From: Tubulanus polymorphus
Taxonomy: Eukaryota; Animalia; Nemertea
NCBI RefSeq assembly: GCF_964204645.1
Contig: NC_134027.1
Coordinates: 18,996,560 to 19,060,559, forward strand
Reading direction: 5' to 3'
Length of the DNA: 64,000 nt
The notes beneath the pieces were generated by a model. That model was not told the DNA's origin and did not search any database. It was given only the letters and a program-made list of their open reading frames with translations. The position numbers and the translations under genes are program-made. Each line of letters starts with the position of its first letter. The first letter of the stretch is position 1. This document shows, piece by piece, positions 13,246 to 24,523 of this stretch.

Positions 13246-13364
13246 AGTCTACAGCACCCGGTATTCCCAGGCGGTCACCCATCCAAGTACTAACCGGGCC
13301 CGACGTTGCTTAACTTCGGTGATCGGACGAGAACCGGTGCTTTCAACGTGGTATGGCCGTAGAC
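13246..13364 (-). rRNA. 5S rRNA
   Basis: Consensus 5S plus terminator. Confidence 0.95.
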
Positions 13365-13872
13365 AACAAAACGTAAAAATCTAACCGTTTTGATAATACC
13401 TCCTCCATCGGATCGCCAAGATAGCGAGACAATGTATACTTTATTTCTTTGTTTTAACGCAGTTTTATCGCGATCCTGCCGAGGTACGTCGGTGATTGAA
13501 TAAATTAAAGGTTTATTTACTATCGGTCATCAGCCACTCCAACAGAAACTACTCGGATAATTTTCAATTCGCTCCACCGAAAGATGCCTCAGCAACGCGT
13601 GTCGCCTTTCCCTTATGCGAGAGTCGGTCGCTCAATGATTGACGGTAAATGAGGGTGAGGAAACTATGAGAACAGCTACTTAGCAACTCAATATATGACG
13701 TCACATTTCCACAAAATAGGCAATCTGCTGAAAGAAAGTAATGATTTGTGAATATTTCCGACGACGAAATTTTGATAGCTACTACATTCAGCTAAAAGCT
13801 CAAACAAATAATGAAATAGCTCTTTGCGATGCGCTTTAATTTTCGAAATAAATCGAGAAAAATTCGAAAAAA

Positions 13873-13991
13873 AGTCTACAGCACCCGGTATTCCCAAGCG
13901 GTCACCCATCCAAGTACTAACCGGGCCCGACGTGGCTTAACTTCGGTGATCGGACGAGAACCGGTGCTTTCAACGTGGTATGGCCGTAGAC
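13873..13991 (-). rRNA. 5S rRNA (two substitutions)
   Basis: 5S sequence plus terminator. Confidence 0.92.
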
Positions 13992-14497
13992 AACAAAACG
14001 TAAAAATCTAACCGTTTTGATAATACCTCCTCCATCGGATCGCCAAGATAGCGAGACAATGTACTTTAAATCTTTGTTTTAACGCAGTTTTATCGCGATC
14101 CTGCCGAGGTACGTCGGTGATTGAATAAATTAAAAGTTTATTTACTATCGGTCATCAGCCACTCCGACAGAAAATACTCGGAGAATTTTCAATTCGCTCC
14201 ACCGAAAGATGCCTCAGCAACGCGTGTCGCCTTTCCCTTATGCGAGAGTCGGTCGCTCAATGATTGACGGTAAATGAGGGTGAGGAAACTATGAGAACAG
14301 CTACTTAGCAAATCAATCTATGACGTCACATTTCCACAAAATAGCCAATCTACTGAAAGAAAGTAATGATTTTTGAATATTTCCGACAACGAAATTTTGA
14401 TAGCTACTACATTCAGTTAAAAGCTCAAACAAATAATGAAATAGCTCTTTGCGATGCGCTTTAATTTTCGAAATAAATCGAGAAAAATTCGAAAAAA

Positions 14498-14616
14498 AGT
14501 CTACAGCACCCGGTATTCCCAGGCGGTCACCCATCCAAGTACTAACCGGGCCCGACGTTGCTTAACTTCGGTGATCGGACGAGAACCGGTGCTTTCAACG
14601 TGGTATGGCCGTAGAA
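14498..14616 (-). rRNA. 5S rRNA (+1 T variant)
   Basis: 5S sequence plus terminator. Confidence 0.92.
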
Positions 14617-15364
14617 AACAAAACGTAAAAATCTAACCGTTTTGATAATACCTCCTCCATCGGATCGCCAAGATAGCGAGACAATGTATACTATATTTCT
14701 TTGTTTTAACGCAGTTTTATCGCGATCCTGCCGAGGTCCGTCGGTGAATAAATAAATTTAAAGGTTTATTTACTATCGGCATCAGCCACTCCGAGAGAAA
14801 ATACTCGGAGAATTTTTAATTCGCTCCACCGAAAGATGCCTCAGCAACGCGTGTCGCCTTTCCCTTATGCGAGAGTCGGTCGCTCAATGATTGACGGTAA
14901 ATGAGGGTGAGGAAACTATGAGAACAGCTACTTAGCAACTCAATCTATGACGTCACATTTCCACAAAATAGACAATCTGCTGAAAGAAAGTAATGATTTG
15001 TGAATATTTCCGACGACGAAATTTTGTTAGCACCTACATTCAGCTAAAAGCGCAAAAAAACCACCGAAAGATGCCTCAGCAACGCGTGTCGCCTTTCCCT
15101 TATGCGAGAGTCGGTCGCTCAATGATTGACGGTAAATGAGGGTGAGGAAACTATGAGAACAGCTACTTAGCAACTCAATCTATGACGTCACATTTCCACA
15201 ACATAGCCAATCTGCTGAAAGAAAGTAATGATTTGTGAATATTTCCGACGACGAAATTTGGATAGCTACTACATTCAGCTAATTTAAAGCGCAAACAAAC
15301 AATGAAATAGCTCTTTGCGATGTGCTTTTAATTTTCCAAATAAGTCGAGGAAAATTCGAAAAAA

Positions 15365-15483
15365 AGTCTACAGCACCCGGTATTCCCAGGCGGTCACCCA
15401 TCCAAGTACTAACCGGGCCCGACGTTGCTTAACTTCGGTGATCGGACGAGAACCGGTGCTTTCAACGTGGTATGGCCGTAGAC
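15365..15483 (-). rRNA. 5S rRNA
   Basis: Consensus 5S plus terminator. Confidence 0.95.
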
Positions 15484-15991
15484 AACAAAACGTAAAAATC
15501 TAACCGTTTTGATAATACCTCCTCCATCGGATCGCCAAGATAGCGAGACAATGTATACTTTATTTCTTTGTTTTAACGCAGTTTTATCGCGATCCTGCCG
15601 AGGTACGTCGGTGATTGAATAAATTAAAGGTTTATTTACTATCGGTCATCAGCCACTCCAACAGAAACTACTCGGATAATTTTCAATTCGCTCCACCGAA
15701 AGATGCCTCAGCAACGCGTGTCGCCTTTCCCTTATGCGAGAGTCGGTCGCTCAATGATTGACGGTAAATGAGGGTGAGGAAACTATGAGAACAGCTACTT
15801 AGCAACTCAATATATGACGTCACATTTCCACAAAATAGGCAATCTGCTGAAAGAAAGTAATGATTTGTGAATATTTCCGACGACGAAATTTTGATAGCTA
15901 CTACATTCAGCTAAAAGCTCAAACAAATAATGAAATAGCTCTTTGCGATGCGCTTTAATTTTCGAAATAAATCGAGAAAAATTCGAAAAAA

Positions 15992-16110
15992 AGTCTACAG
16001 CACCCGGTATTCCCAGGCGGTCACCCATCCAAGTACTAACCGGGCCCGACGTGGCTTAACTTCGGTGATCGGACGAGAACCGGTGCTTTCAACGTGGTAT
16101 GGCCGTAGAC
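15992..16110 (-). rRNA. 5S rRNA
   Basis: 5S sequence plus terminator. Confidence 0.93.
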
Positions 16111-16614
16111 AACAAAACGTAAAAATCTAACCGTTTTGATAATACCTCCTCCATCGGATCGCCAAGATAGCGAGACAATGTACTTTAAATCTTTGTTTTA
16201 ACGCAGTTTTATCGCGATCCTGCCGAGGTACGTCGGTGATTGAATAAATTAAAAGTTTATTTACTATCGGTCATCAGCCACTCCGACAGAAAATACTCGG
16301 AGAATTTTCAATTCGCTCCACCGAAAGATGCCTCAGCAACGCGTGTCGCCTTTCCCTTATGCGAGAGTCGGTCGCTCAATGATTGACGGTAAATGAGGGT
16401 GAGGAAACTATGAGAACAGCTACTTAGCAAATCAATCTATGACGTCACATTTCCACAAAATAGCCAATCTACTGAAAGAAAGTAATGATTTTTGAATATT
16501 TCCGACAACGAAATTTTGATAGCTACTACATTCAGTTAAAAGCTCAAACAAATAATGAAATAGCTCTTTGCGATGCGCTTTAATTTTCGAAATAAATCGA
16601 GAAAAATTCGAAAA

Positions 16615-17794
16615 CAAGAAAATTAATTTTAGAAAATTATTTGACGCCTGCGAAAAAAATGTATAATTTCTTGGCTAAGCTAATGTGGAATTGCAAATTT
16701 GAAATCGAAGTTTTAAGAAATTTGGGGAATGATGAGATTTGGCGATTGGGTAGATGATACAGCGGGTCTTCGACTCTAGTAGTGGTTTAAATTTTTTTAT
16801 CAAAAATTCTCAATAATTGATCGCGAACTTGCGACCGACTTCATTTACTTATGCCTCTAAGCTGGTCTGCAACTTCATTGCCTCCATGGTTGAAGAACGA
16901 GCTCTTCTGATGTCTGCTTCATCATGACTTCGAGCATATCGTGTGGCCTAGCCAGCCGGCCCGGGCCACGGGTTTGGCTGTCACTCGATATCCTAGAGTC
17001 TTGAGTCTGGGTGGGTTGAAGTAGACATTGTCATTTAAAATAACATGCTTATGTTGTTCTGTATGAATTACCCGTGTGTCATGTATGTTGTATTAATTTA
17101 TTTTAAAATTTGGTATTTATTGAATTTGGGAATTTTATCCCGAAATTTCAATGTAATAAGGATCAATAAAAAATTGAATTGAATTGTCACTCATACACAT
17201 GCCATCAGAGGACGCGGAGCCGTATATGATAGCTATGCTATTATAAATTGCTAATCTCACGAAACCTGCATACTCCTAATATCAAACATATTTTCTAAAA
17301 CGTTTGAATATTGAAATCATATGTTTACACATTTTCATATTGACCGCTTGTAGCCGCTGATGAAATTCACGCCGGCCCTACACACATCGTAGATAGCTTC
17401 GTCATTCCACCGGCATGCCCACGTCAGGGTCTGACTTTTATATCAGACTTCCAAATCGTGTATACATCCGCCATTTAACCGAATAATCCGATTTACTTAT
17501 CATTTCTATTTATGCCTGCCGCTTCTGATATAATCATACATCCTTTACTATTACAATACGTCTTCTAATGATATTCAATGCAATATAATATTTCGACGTT
17601 CAAATATAGGTCATTATATAATCACAGGAAGCCATTCTACATCTATGTCAATAACATTTTGCCAGATAGCTTGTTTGTGTACACATAGACCTGTGTCATT
17701 TTGCACATCGATTTACGGCTGTCGTTTGTAAAATGACGCTGAATGGTTAACATTGTTTAGGTTTCATAATGGTAACGTTTTATAAGGCGTCAAA
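16615..17794 (-). mobile_element. Non-autonomous Helentron/Helitron2-type element (family A) inserted in a 5S terminator T-run
   Basis: Splits the normal A7 run into A4...A6. Asymmetric inverted repeats tttgacgcct (16640-16649) / aggcgtcaaa (17785-17794); palindrome taatttt-ag-aaaatta (16624-16639); minus-strand 3' end CTTG|TTTT; no TSD. Confidence 0.8.
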
Positions 17795-17796
17795 AA

Positions 17797-17915
17797 AGTC
17801 TACAGCACCCGGTATTCCCAGGCGGTCACCCATCCAAGTACTAACCGGGCCCGACGTTGCTTAACTTCGGTGATCGGACGAGAACCGGTGCTTTCAACGT
17901 GGTATGGCCGTAGAC
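17797..17915 (-). rRNA. 5S rRNA
   Basis: Consensus 5S; T6 terminator retained next to the insertion. Confidence 0.95.
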
Positions 17916-18424
17916 AACAAAACGTAAAAATCTAACCGTTTTGATAATACCTCCTCCATCGGATCGCCAAGATAGCGAGACAATGTATACTATATTTCTT
18001 TGTTTTAACGCAGTTTTATCGCGATCCTGCCGAGGTCCGTCGGTGAATAAATGAATAAAAAGGTTTATTTACTATCGGTCATCAGCCACTCCGAGAGAAA
18101 ATACTCGGAGAATTTTCAATTCGCTCCACCGAAAGATGCCTCAGCAACGCGTGTCGCCTTTCCCTTATGCGAGAGTCGGTCGCTCAATGATTGACGGTAA
18201 ATGAGGGTGAGGAAACTATGAGAACAGCTACTTAGCAACTCAATCTATGACGTCACATTTCCACAAAATAGCCAATCTACTGAAAGAAAGTAATGATTTT
18301 TGAATATTTCCGACAACGAAATTTTGATAGCTACTACATTCAGTTAAAAGCTCAAACAAATAATGAAATAGCTCTTTGCGATGCGCTTTAATTTTCGAAA
18401 TAAATCGAGAAAAATTCGAAAAAA

Positions 18425-18544
18425 AGTCTACAGCACCCGGTATTCCCAGGCGGTCACCCATCCAAGTACTAACCGGGCCCGACGTTGCTTAACTTCGGTG
18501 ATCGAACGAGAACCGGTGCTTCCCAACGTGGTATGGCCGTACAC
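18425..18544 (-). rRNA. 5S rRNA chimera (5' part class B, 3' part canonical)
   Basis: Class-B 5' substitutions with a canonical C box. Confidence 0.85.
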
Positions 18545-19052
18545 AATTAAACGTAAAAATCTAACCGTTTTGATAATACCTCCTCCATCGGATCGCCAAG
18601 ATAGCGAGACAATGTATACTTTATTTCTTTGTTTTAACGCAGTTTTATCGCAATCCTGCCGAGGTACGTCGGTGATTGAATACATTAAAAGTTTATTTAC
18701 TATCGGTCATCAGCCACTCCGACAGAAAATACTCGAAGAATTTTCAATTCGCTCCACCGAAAGATGCCTCAGCAACGCGTGTCGCCTTTCCCTTATGCGA
18801 GAGTCGGTCGCTCAATGATTGACGGTAAATGAGGGTGAGGAAACTATGAGAACAGCTACTTAGCAACTCAATATATGACGTCACATTTCCACAAAATAGG
18901 CAATCTGCTGAAAGAAAGTAATGATTTTTGAATATTTCCGACGACGAAATTTTGATAGCTACTACATTCAGTTAAAAGCTCAAACAAATAATGAAATAGC
19001 TCTTTGCGATGCGCTTTAATTTTCGAAATAAATCGAGAAGAATTCGAAAAAA

Positions 19053-19171
19053 AGTCTACAGCACCCGGTATTCCCAGGCGGTCACCCATCCAAGTACTAA
19101 CCGGGCCCGACGTTGCTTAACTTCGGTGATCGGACGAGAACCGGTGCTTTCAACGTGGTATGGCCGTAGAC
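19053..19171 (-). rRNA. 5S rRNA
   Basis: Consensus 5S plus terminator. Confidence 0.95.
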
Positions 19172-19919
19172 AACAAAACGTAAAAATCTAACCGTTTTGA
19201 TAATACCTCCTCCATCGGATCGCCAAGATAGCGAGACAATGTATACTATATTTCTTTGTTTTAACGCAGTTTTATCGCGATCCTGCCGAGGTCCGTCGGT
19301 GAATAAATGAATAAAAAAGTTTATTTACTATCGGTCATCAGCCACTCCGAGAGAAAATACTCGGAGAATTTTCAATTCGCTCCACCGAAAGATGCCTCAG
19401 CAACGCGTGTCGCCTTTCCCTTATGCGAGAGTCGGTCGCTCAATGATTGACGGTAAATGAGGGTGAGGAAACTATGAGAACAGCTACTTAGCAACTCAAT
19501 CTATGACGTCACATTTCCACAAAATAGACAATCTGCTGAAAGAAAGTAATGATTTGTGAATATTTCCGACGACGAAATTTTGTTAGCACCTACATTCAGC
19601 TAAAAGCGCAAAAAAACCACCGAAAGATGCCTCAGCAACGCGTGTCGCCTTTTCCTTATGCGAGAGTCGGTCGCTCAATGATTGACGGTAAATGAGGGTG
19701 AGGAAACTATGAGAACAGCTACTTAGCAACTCAATCTATGACGTCACATTTCCACAACATAGCCAATCTGCTGAAAGAAAGTAATGATTTGTGAATATTT
19801 CCGACGACGAAATTTGGATAGCTACTACATTCAGCTAATTTAAAGCGCAAACAAACAATGAAATAGCTCTTTGCGATGTGCTTTTAATTTTCCAAATAAG
19901 TCGAGGAAAATTCAAAAAA

Positions 19920-20038
19920 AGTCTACAGCACCCGGTATTCCCAGGCGGTCACCCATCCAAGTACTAACCGGGCCCGACGTTGCTTAACTTCGGTGATCGG
20001 ACGAGAACCGGTGCTTTCAACGTGGTATGGCCGTAGAC
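19920..20038 (-). rRNA. 5S rRNA
   Basis: Consensus 5S plus terminator. Confidence 0.95.
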
Positions 20039-20543
20039 AACAAAACGTAAAAATCTAACCGTTTTGATAATACCTCCTCCATCGGATCGCCAAGATAGCG
20101 AGACAATGTACTTTGAATCTTTGTTTTAACGCAGTTTTATCGCGATCCTGCCGAGGTACGTCGGTGATTGAATAAATTAAAGGTTTATTTACTATCGGTC
20201 ATCAGCCACTCCGACAGAAACTACTCGGATAATTTTCAATTCGCTCCACCGAAAGATGCCTCAGCAACGCGTGTCGCCTTTCCCTTATGCGAGAGTCTGT
20301 CGTTCAATGATTGACGGTAAATGATGTTGAGGAAACTATGAGAACAGCTACTTAGCAACTCAATCTATGACGTCACATTTCTACAAAATAGCCAATCTGC
20401 TGAAAGAAAGTAATGATTTGTGAATATTTCCAACGACGAAATTTTGATAGCTACTACATTCAGTTAAAAGCGCAAACAAATAATGAAATAGGTCTTTGCG
20501 ATGCGCTTTAATTTTCGAAATAAATCGAGGAAAATTCGAAAAA

Positions 20544-20663
20544 AGTCTACAGCACCCGGTATTCCCAGGCGGTCAGTCATCCAAGTACTATCCGGGCCCG
20601 ACGTTGCTTAACTTCGGTGATCTAACGAGAACCGGTGCTTCCCAACGTGGTATGGCCGTACAC
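20544..20663 (-). rRNA. 5S rRNA variant class B
   Basis: Class-B substitutions plus one more. Confidence 0.8.
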
Positions 20664-21175
20664 AATTAAACGTAAAAATCTAACCGTTTTGATAATACCT
20701 CTTCCATCGGATCGCCAAGATAGCGAGACAATGTATACTTTATTTCTTTGTTTTAACGCAGTTTTATCGCAATCCTGCCGAGGTACGTCGGTGATTGAAT
20801 ACATTAAAAGTTAATTTACTATCGGTCATCAGCCACTCCGACAGAAAATACTCGAAGAATTTTCAATTCGCTCCACCGAAAGATGCCTCAGCAACGCGTG
20901 TCGCCTTTCCCTTATGCGAGAGTCGGTCGCTCAATGATTGACGGTAAATGAGGGTGAGGAAACTATGAGAACAGCTACTTAGCAACTCAATCTATGACGT
21001 CACATTTCCACAACATAGCCAATCTGCTGAAAGAAAGTAATGATTTGTGAATATTTCCGACGACGAAATTTGGATAGCTACTACATTCAGCTAATTTAAA
21101 GCGCAAACAAACAATGAAATAGCTCTTTGCGATGTGCTTTTAATTTTCCAAATAAGTCGAGGAAAATTCAAAAAA

Positions 21176-21294
21176 AGTCTACAGCACCCGGTATTCCCAG
21201 GCGGTCACCCATCCAAGTACTAACCGGGCCCGACGTTGCTTAACTTCGGTGATCGGACGAGAACCGGTGCTTTCAACGTGGTATGGCCGTAGAC
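21176..21294 (-). rRNA. 5S rRNA
   Basis: Consensus 5S plus terminator. Confidence 0.95.
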
Positions 21295-21801
21295 AACAAA
21301 ATGTAAAAATCTAACCATTTTGATAATACCTCCTCCATCGGATCGCCAAGATAGCGAGACAATGTATACTTTATTTCTTTGTTTTAACGCAGTTTTATCG
21401 CGATCCTGCCGAGGTACGTCGGTGATTGAATAAATTAAAGGTTTATTTACTATCGGTCATCAGCCACTCCAACAGAAACTACTCGGATAATTTTCAATTC
21501 GCTCCACCGAAAGATGCCTCAGCAACGCGTGTCGCCTTTCCCTTATGCGAGAGTCTATCGCTCAATGATTGACGGTAAATGAGGTTGAGGAAACTATGAG
21601 AACAGCTACTTAGCAACTCAATCTATGACGTCACATTTCTACAAAATAGCCAATCTGCTGAAAGAAAGTAATGATTTGTGAATATTTCCGACGACGAAAT
21701 TTTGATAGCTACTACATTCAGCTAAAAGCGCAAACAAACAATGAAATAGCTCTTTGCGATGCGCTTTTGATTTTCCAAATAAGTCGAGGAAAATGTAAAA
21801 A

Positions 21802-21920
21802 AGTCTACAGCACCCGGTATTCCCAGGCGGTCACCCATCCAAGTACTAACCGGGCCCGACGTTGCTTAACTTCGGTGATCGGACGAGAACCGGTGCTTTC
21901 AACGTGGTATGGCCGTAGAC
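21802..21920 (-). rRNA. 5S rRNA
   Basis: Consensus 5S plus terminator. Confidence 0.95.
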
Positions 21921-22432
21921 AACAAAACGTAAAAATCTAACCGTTTTGATAATACCTCCTTCATCGGATCGCCAAGATAGCGAGACAATGTATACTTTAT
22001 TTCTTTGTTTTAACGCTGTTTTATCGCGATCCTGCCGAGGTACGTCGGTGATTTAATAAATTAAAGGTTTATTTACTATCGGTCATCAGCCACTCCGACA
22101 GAAACTACTCGGATAATTTTCAATTCGCTCCACCGAAAGATGCCTCAGCAACGCGTGTCGCCTTTCCCTTATGCGAGAGTCTGTCGCTCAATGATTGACG
22201 GTAAATGAGGGCGAGGAAACTATGAGAACAGCTACTTCGCAACTCAATCTATGACGTCACATTTCCACAACATAGCCAATCTGCTGAAAGAAAGTAATGA
22301 TTTGTGAATATTTCCGACGACGAAATTTGGATAGCTACTACATTCAGCTAATTTAAAGCGCAAACAAACAATGAAATAGCTCTTTGCGATGTGCTTTTAA
22401 TTTTCCAAATAAGTCGAGGAAAATTCGAAAAA

Positions 22433-22551
22433 AGTCTACAGCACCCGGTATTCCCAGGCGGTCACCCATCCAAGTACTAACCGGGCCCGACGTTGCTTAA
22501 CTTCGGTGATCGGACGAGAACCGGTGCTTTCAACGTGGTATGGCCGTAGAC
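22433..22551 (-). rRNA. 5S rRNA
   Basis: Consensus 5S plus terminator. Confidence 0.95.
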
Positions 22552-23059
22552 AACAAAACGTAAAAATCTAACCGTTTTGATAATACCTCCTTCATCGGAT
22601 CGCCAAGATAGCGAGACAATGTATACTTTATTTCTTTGTTTTAACGCAGTTTTATCGCGATCCTGCCGAGGTACGTCGGTGATTTAATAAATTAAAGGTT
22701 TATTTACTATCGGTCATCAGCCACTCCGACAGAAACTACTCGGATAATTTTCAATTCGCTCCACCGAAAGATGCCTCAGCAACGCGTGTCGCCTTTCCCT
22801 TATGCGAGAGTCTGTCGCTCAATGATTGACGGTAAATGAGGGCGAGGAAACTATGAGAACAGCTACTTCGCAACTCAATCTATGACGTCACATTTCCACA
22901 AAATAGCCAATCTGCTGAAAGAAAGTAATGATTTGTGAATATTTCCGACGACGAAATTTTGATAGCTACTACATTCAGTTAAAAGCTCAAACAAATAATG
23001 AAATAGCTCTTTGCGATGCGCTTTAATTTTCGAAATAAATCGAGAAAAATTCGAAAAAA

Positions 23060-23178
23060 AGTCTACAGCACCCGGTATTCCCAGGCGGTCACCCATCCAA
23101 GTACTAACCGGGCCCGACGTTGCTTAACTTCGGTGATCGGACGAGAACCGGTGCTTTCAACGTGGTATGGCCGTAGAC
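23060..23178 (-). rRNA. 5S rRNA
   Basis: Consensus 5S plus terminator. Confidence 0.95.
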
Positions 23179-23686
23179 AACGAAACGTAAAAATCTAACC
23201 GTTTTGATAATACCTCCTCCATCGGATCGCCAAGATAGCGAGACAATGTATACTTTATTTCTTTGTTTTAACGCAGTTTTATCCCGATCCTGCCGAGGTA
23301 CGTCGGTGATTGAATAAATTAAAAGTTTATTTACTATCGGTCATCAGCCACTCCGACAGAAAATACCGGGATAATTTTCAATTCGCTCCAACGAACGATG
23401 CCTCAGCAACGCGTGTCGCCTTTCCCTTATGCGAGAGTCGGTCGCTCATTGATTGACGGTAAATGAGGTTGAGGAAACTATGAGAACAGCTACTTAGCAA
23501 CTCAATCTATGACGTCACATTTCTACAAAATAGCCAATCTGCTGAAAGAAAGTAATGATTTGTGAATATTTCCAACGACGAAATTTTGATAGCTACTACA
23601 TTCAGTTAAAAGCGCAAACAAATAATGAAATAGCTCTTTGCGATGCGCTTTAATTTTCGAAATAAATCGAGAAAAATTCGAAAAAA

Positions 23687-23805
23687 AGTCTACAGCACCC
23701 GGTATTCCCAGGCGGTCACCCATCCAAGTACTAACCGGGCCCGACGTTGCTTAACTTCGGTGATCGGACGAGAACCGGTGCTTTCAACGTGGTATGGCCG
23801 TAGAC
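23687..23805 (-). rRNA. 5S rRNA
   Basis: Consensus 5S plus terminator. Confidence 0.95.
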
Positions 23806-24313
23806 AACAAAACGTAAAAATCTAACCGTTTTGATAATACCTCCTCCATCGGATCGCCAAGATAGCGAGACAATGTATACTTTATTTCTTTGTTTTAACG
23901 CAGTTTTATCGCGATCCTGCCGAGGTACGTCGGTGATTGAATAAATTAAAGGTTTATTTACTATCGGTCATCAGCCACTCCGAGAGAAACTACTTGGGTA
24001 ATTTTTAATTCGCTCCACCGAAAGATGCCCCAGCAACGCGTGTCGCCTTTCCCTTATGCGAGAGTCGGTCGCTCAATGATTGACGGTAAATGAGGGTGAG
24101 GAAACTATGAGAACAGCTACTGAGCAACTCAATCTATGACGTCACATTTCCACAAAATAGCCAATCTGCTGAAAGAAAGTAATGATTTTTGAATATTTCC
24201 GACGACGAAATTTTGATAGCTACTACATTCAGTTAAAAGCTCAAACAAATAATGAAATAGCTCTTTGCGATGCGCTTTAATTTTCGAAATAAATCGAGAA
24301 AAATTCGAAAAAA

Positions 24314-24432
24314 AGTCTACAGCACCCGGTATTCCCAGGCGGTCACCCATCCAAGTACTAACCGGGCCCGACGTTGCTTAACTTCGGTGATCGGACGAGA
24401 ACCGGTGCTTTCAACGTGGTATGGCCGTAGAC
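24314..24432 (-). rRNA. 5S rRNA
   Basis: Consensus 5S plus terminator. Confidence 0.95.
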
Positions 24433-24523
24433 AATAAAACGTAAAAATCTAACCGTTTTGATAATACCTCCTCCATCGGATCGCCAAGATAGCGAGACAA
24501 TGTATACTATATTTCTTTGTTTT

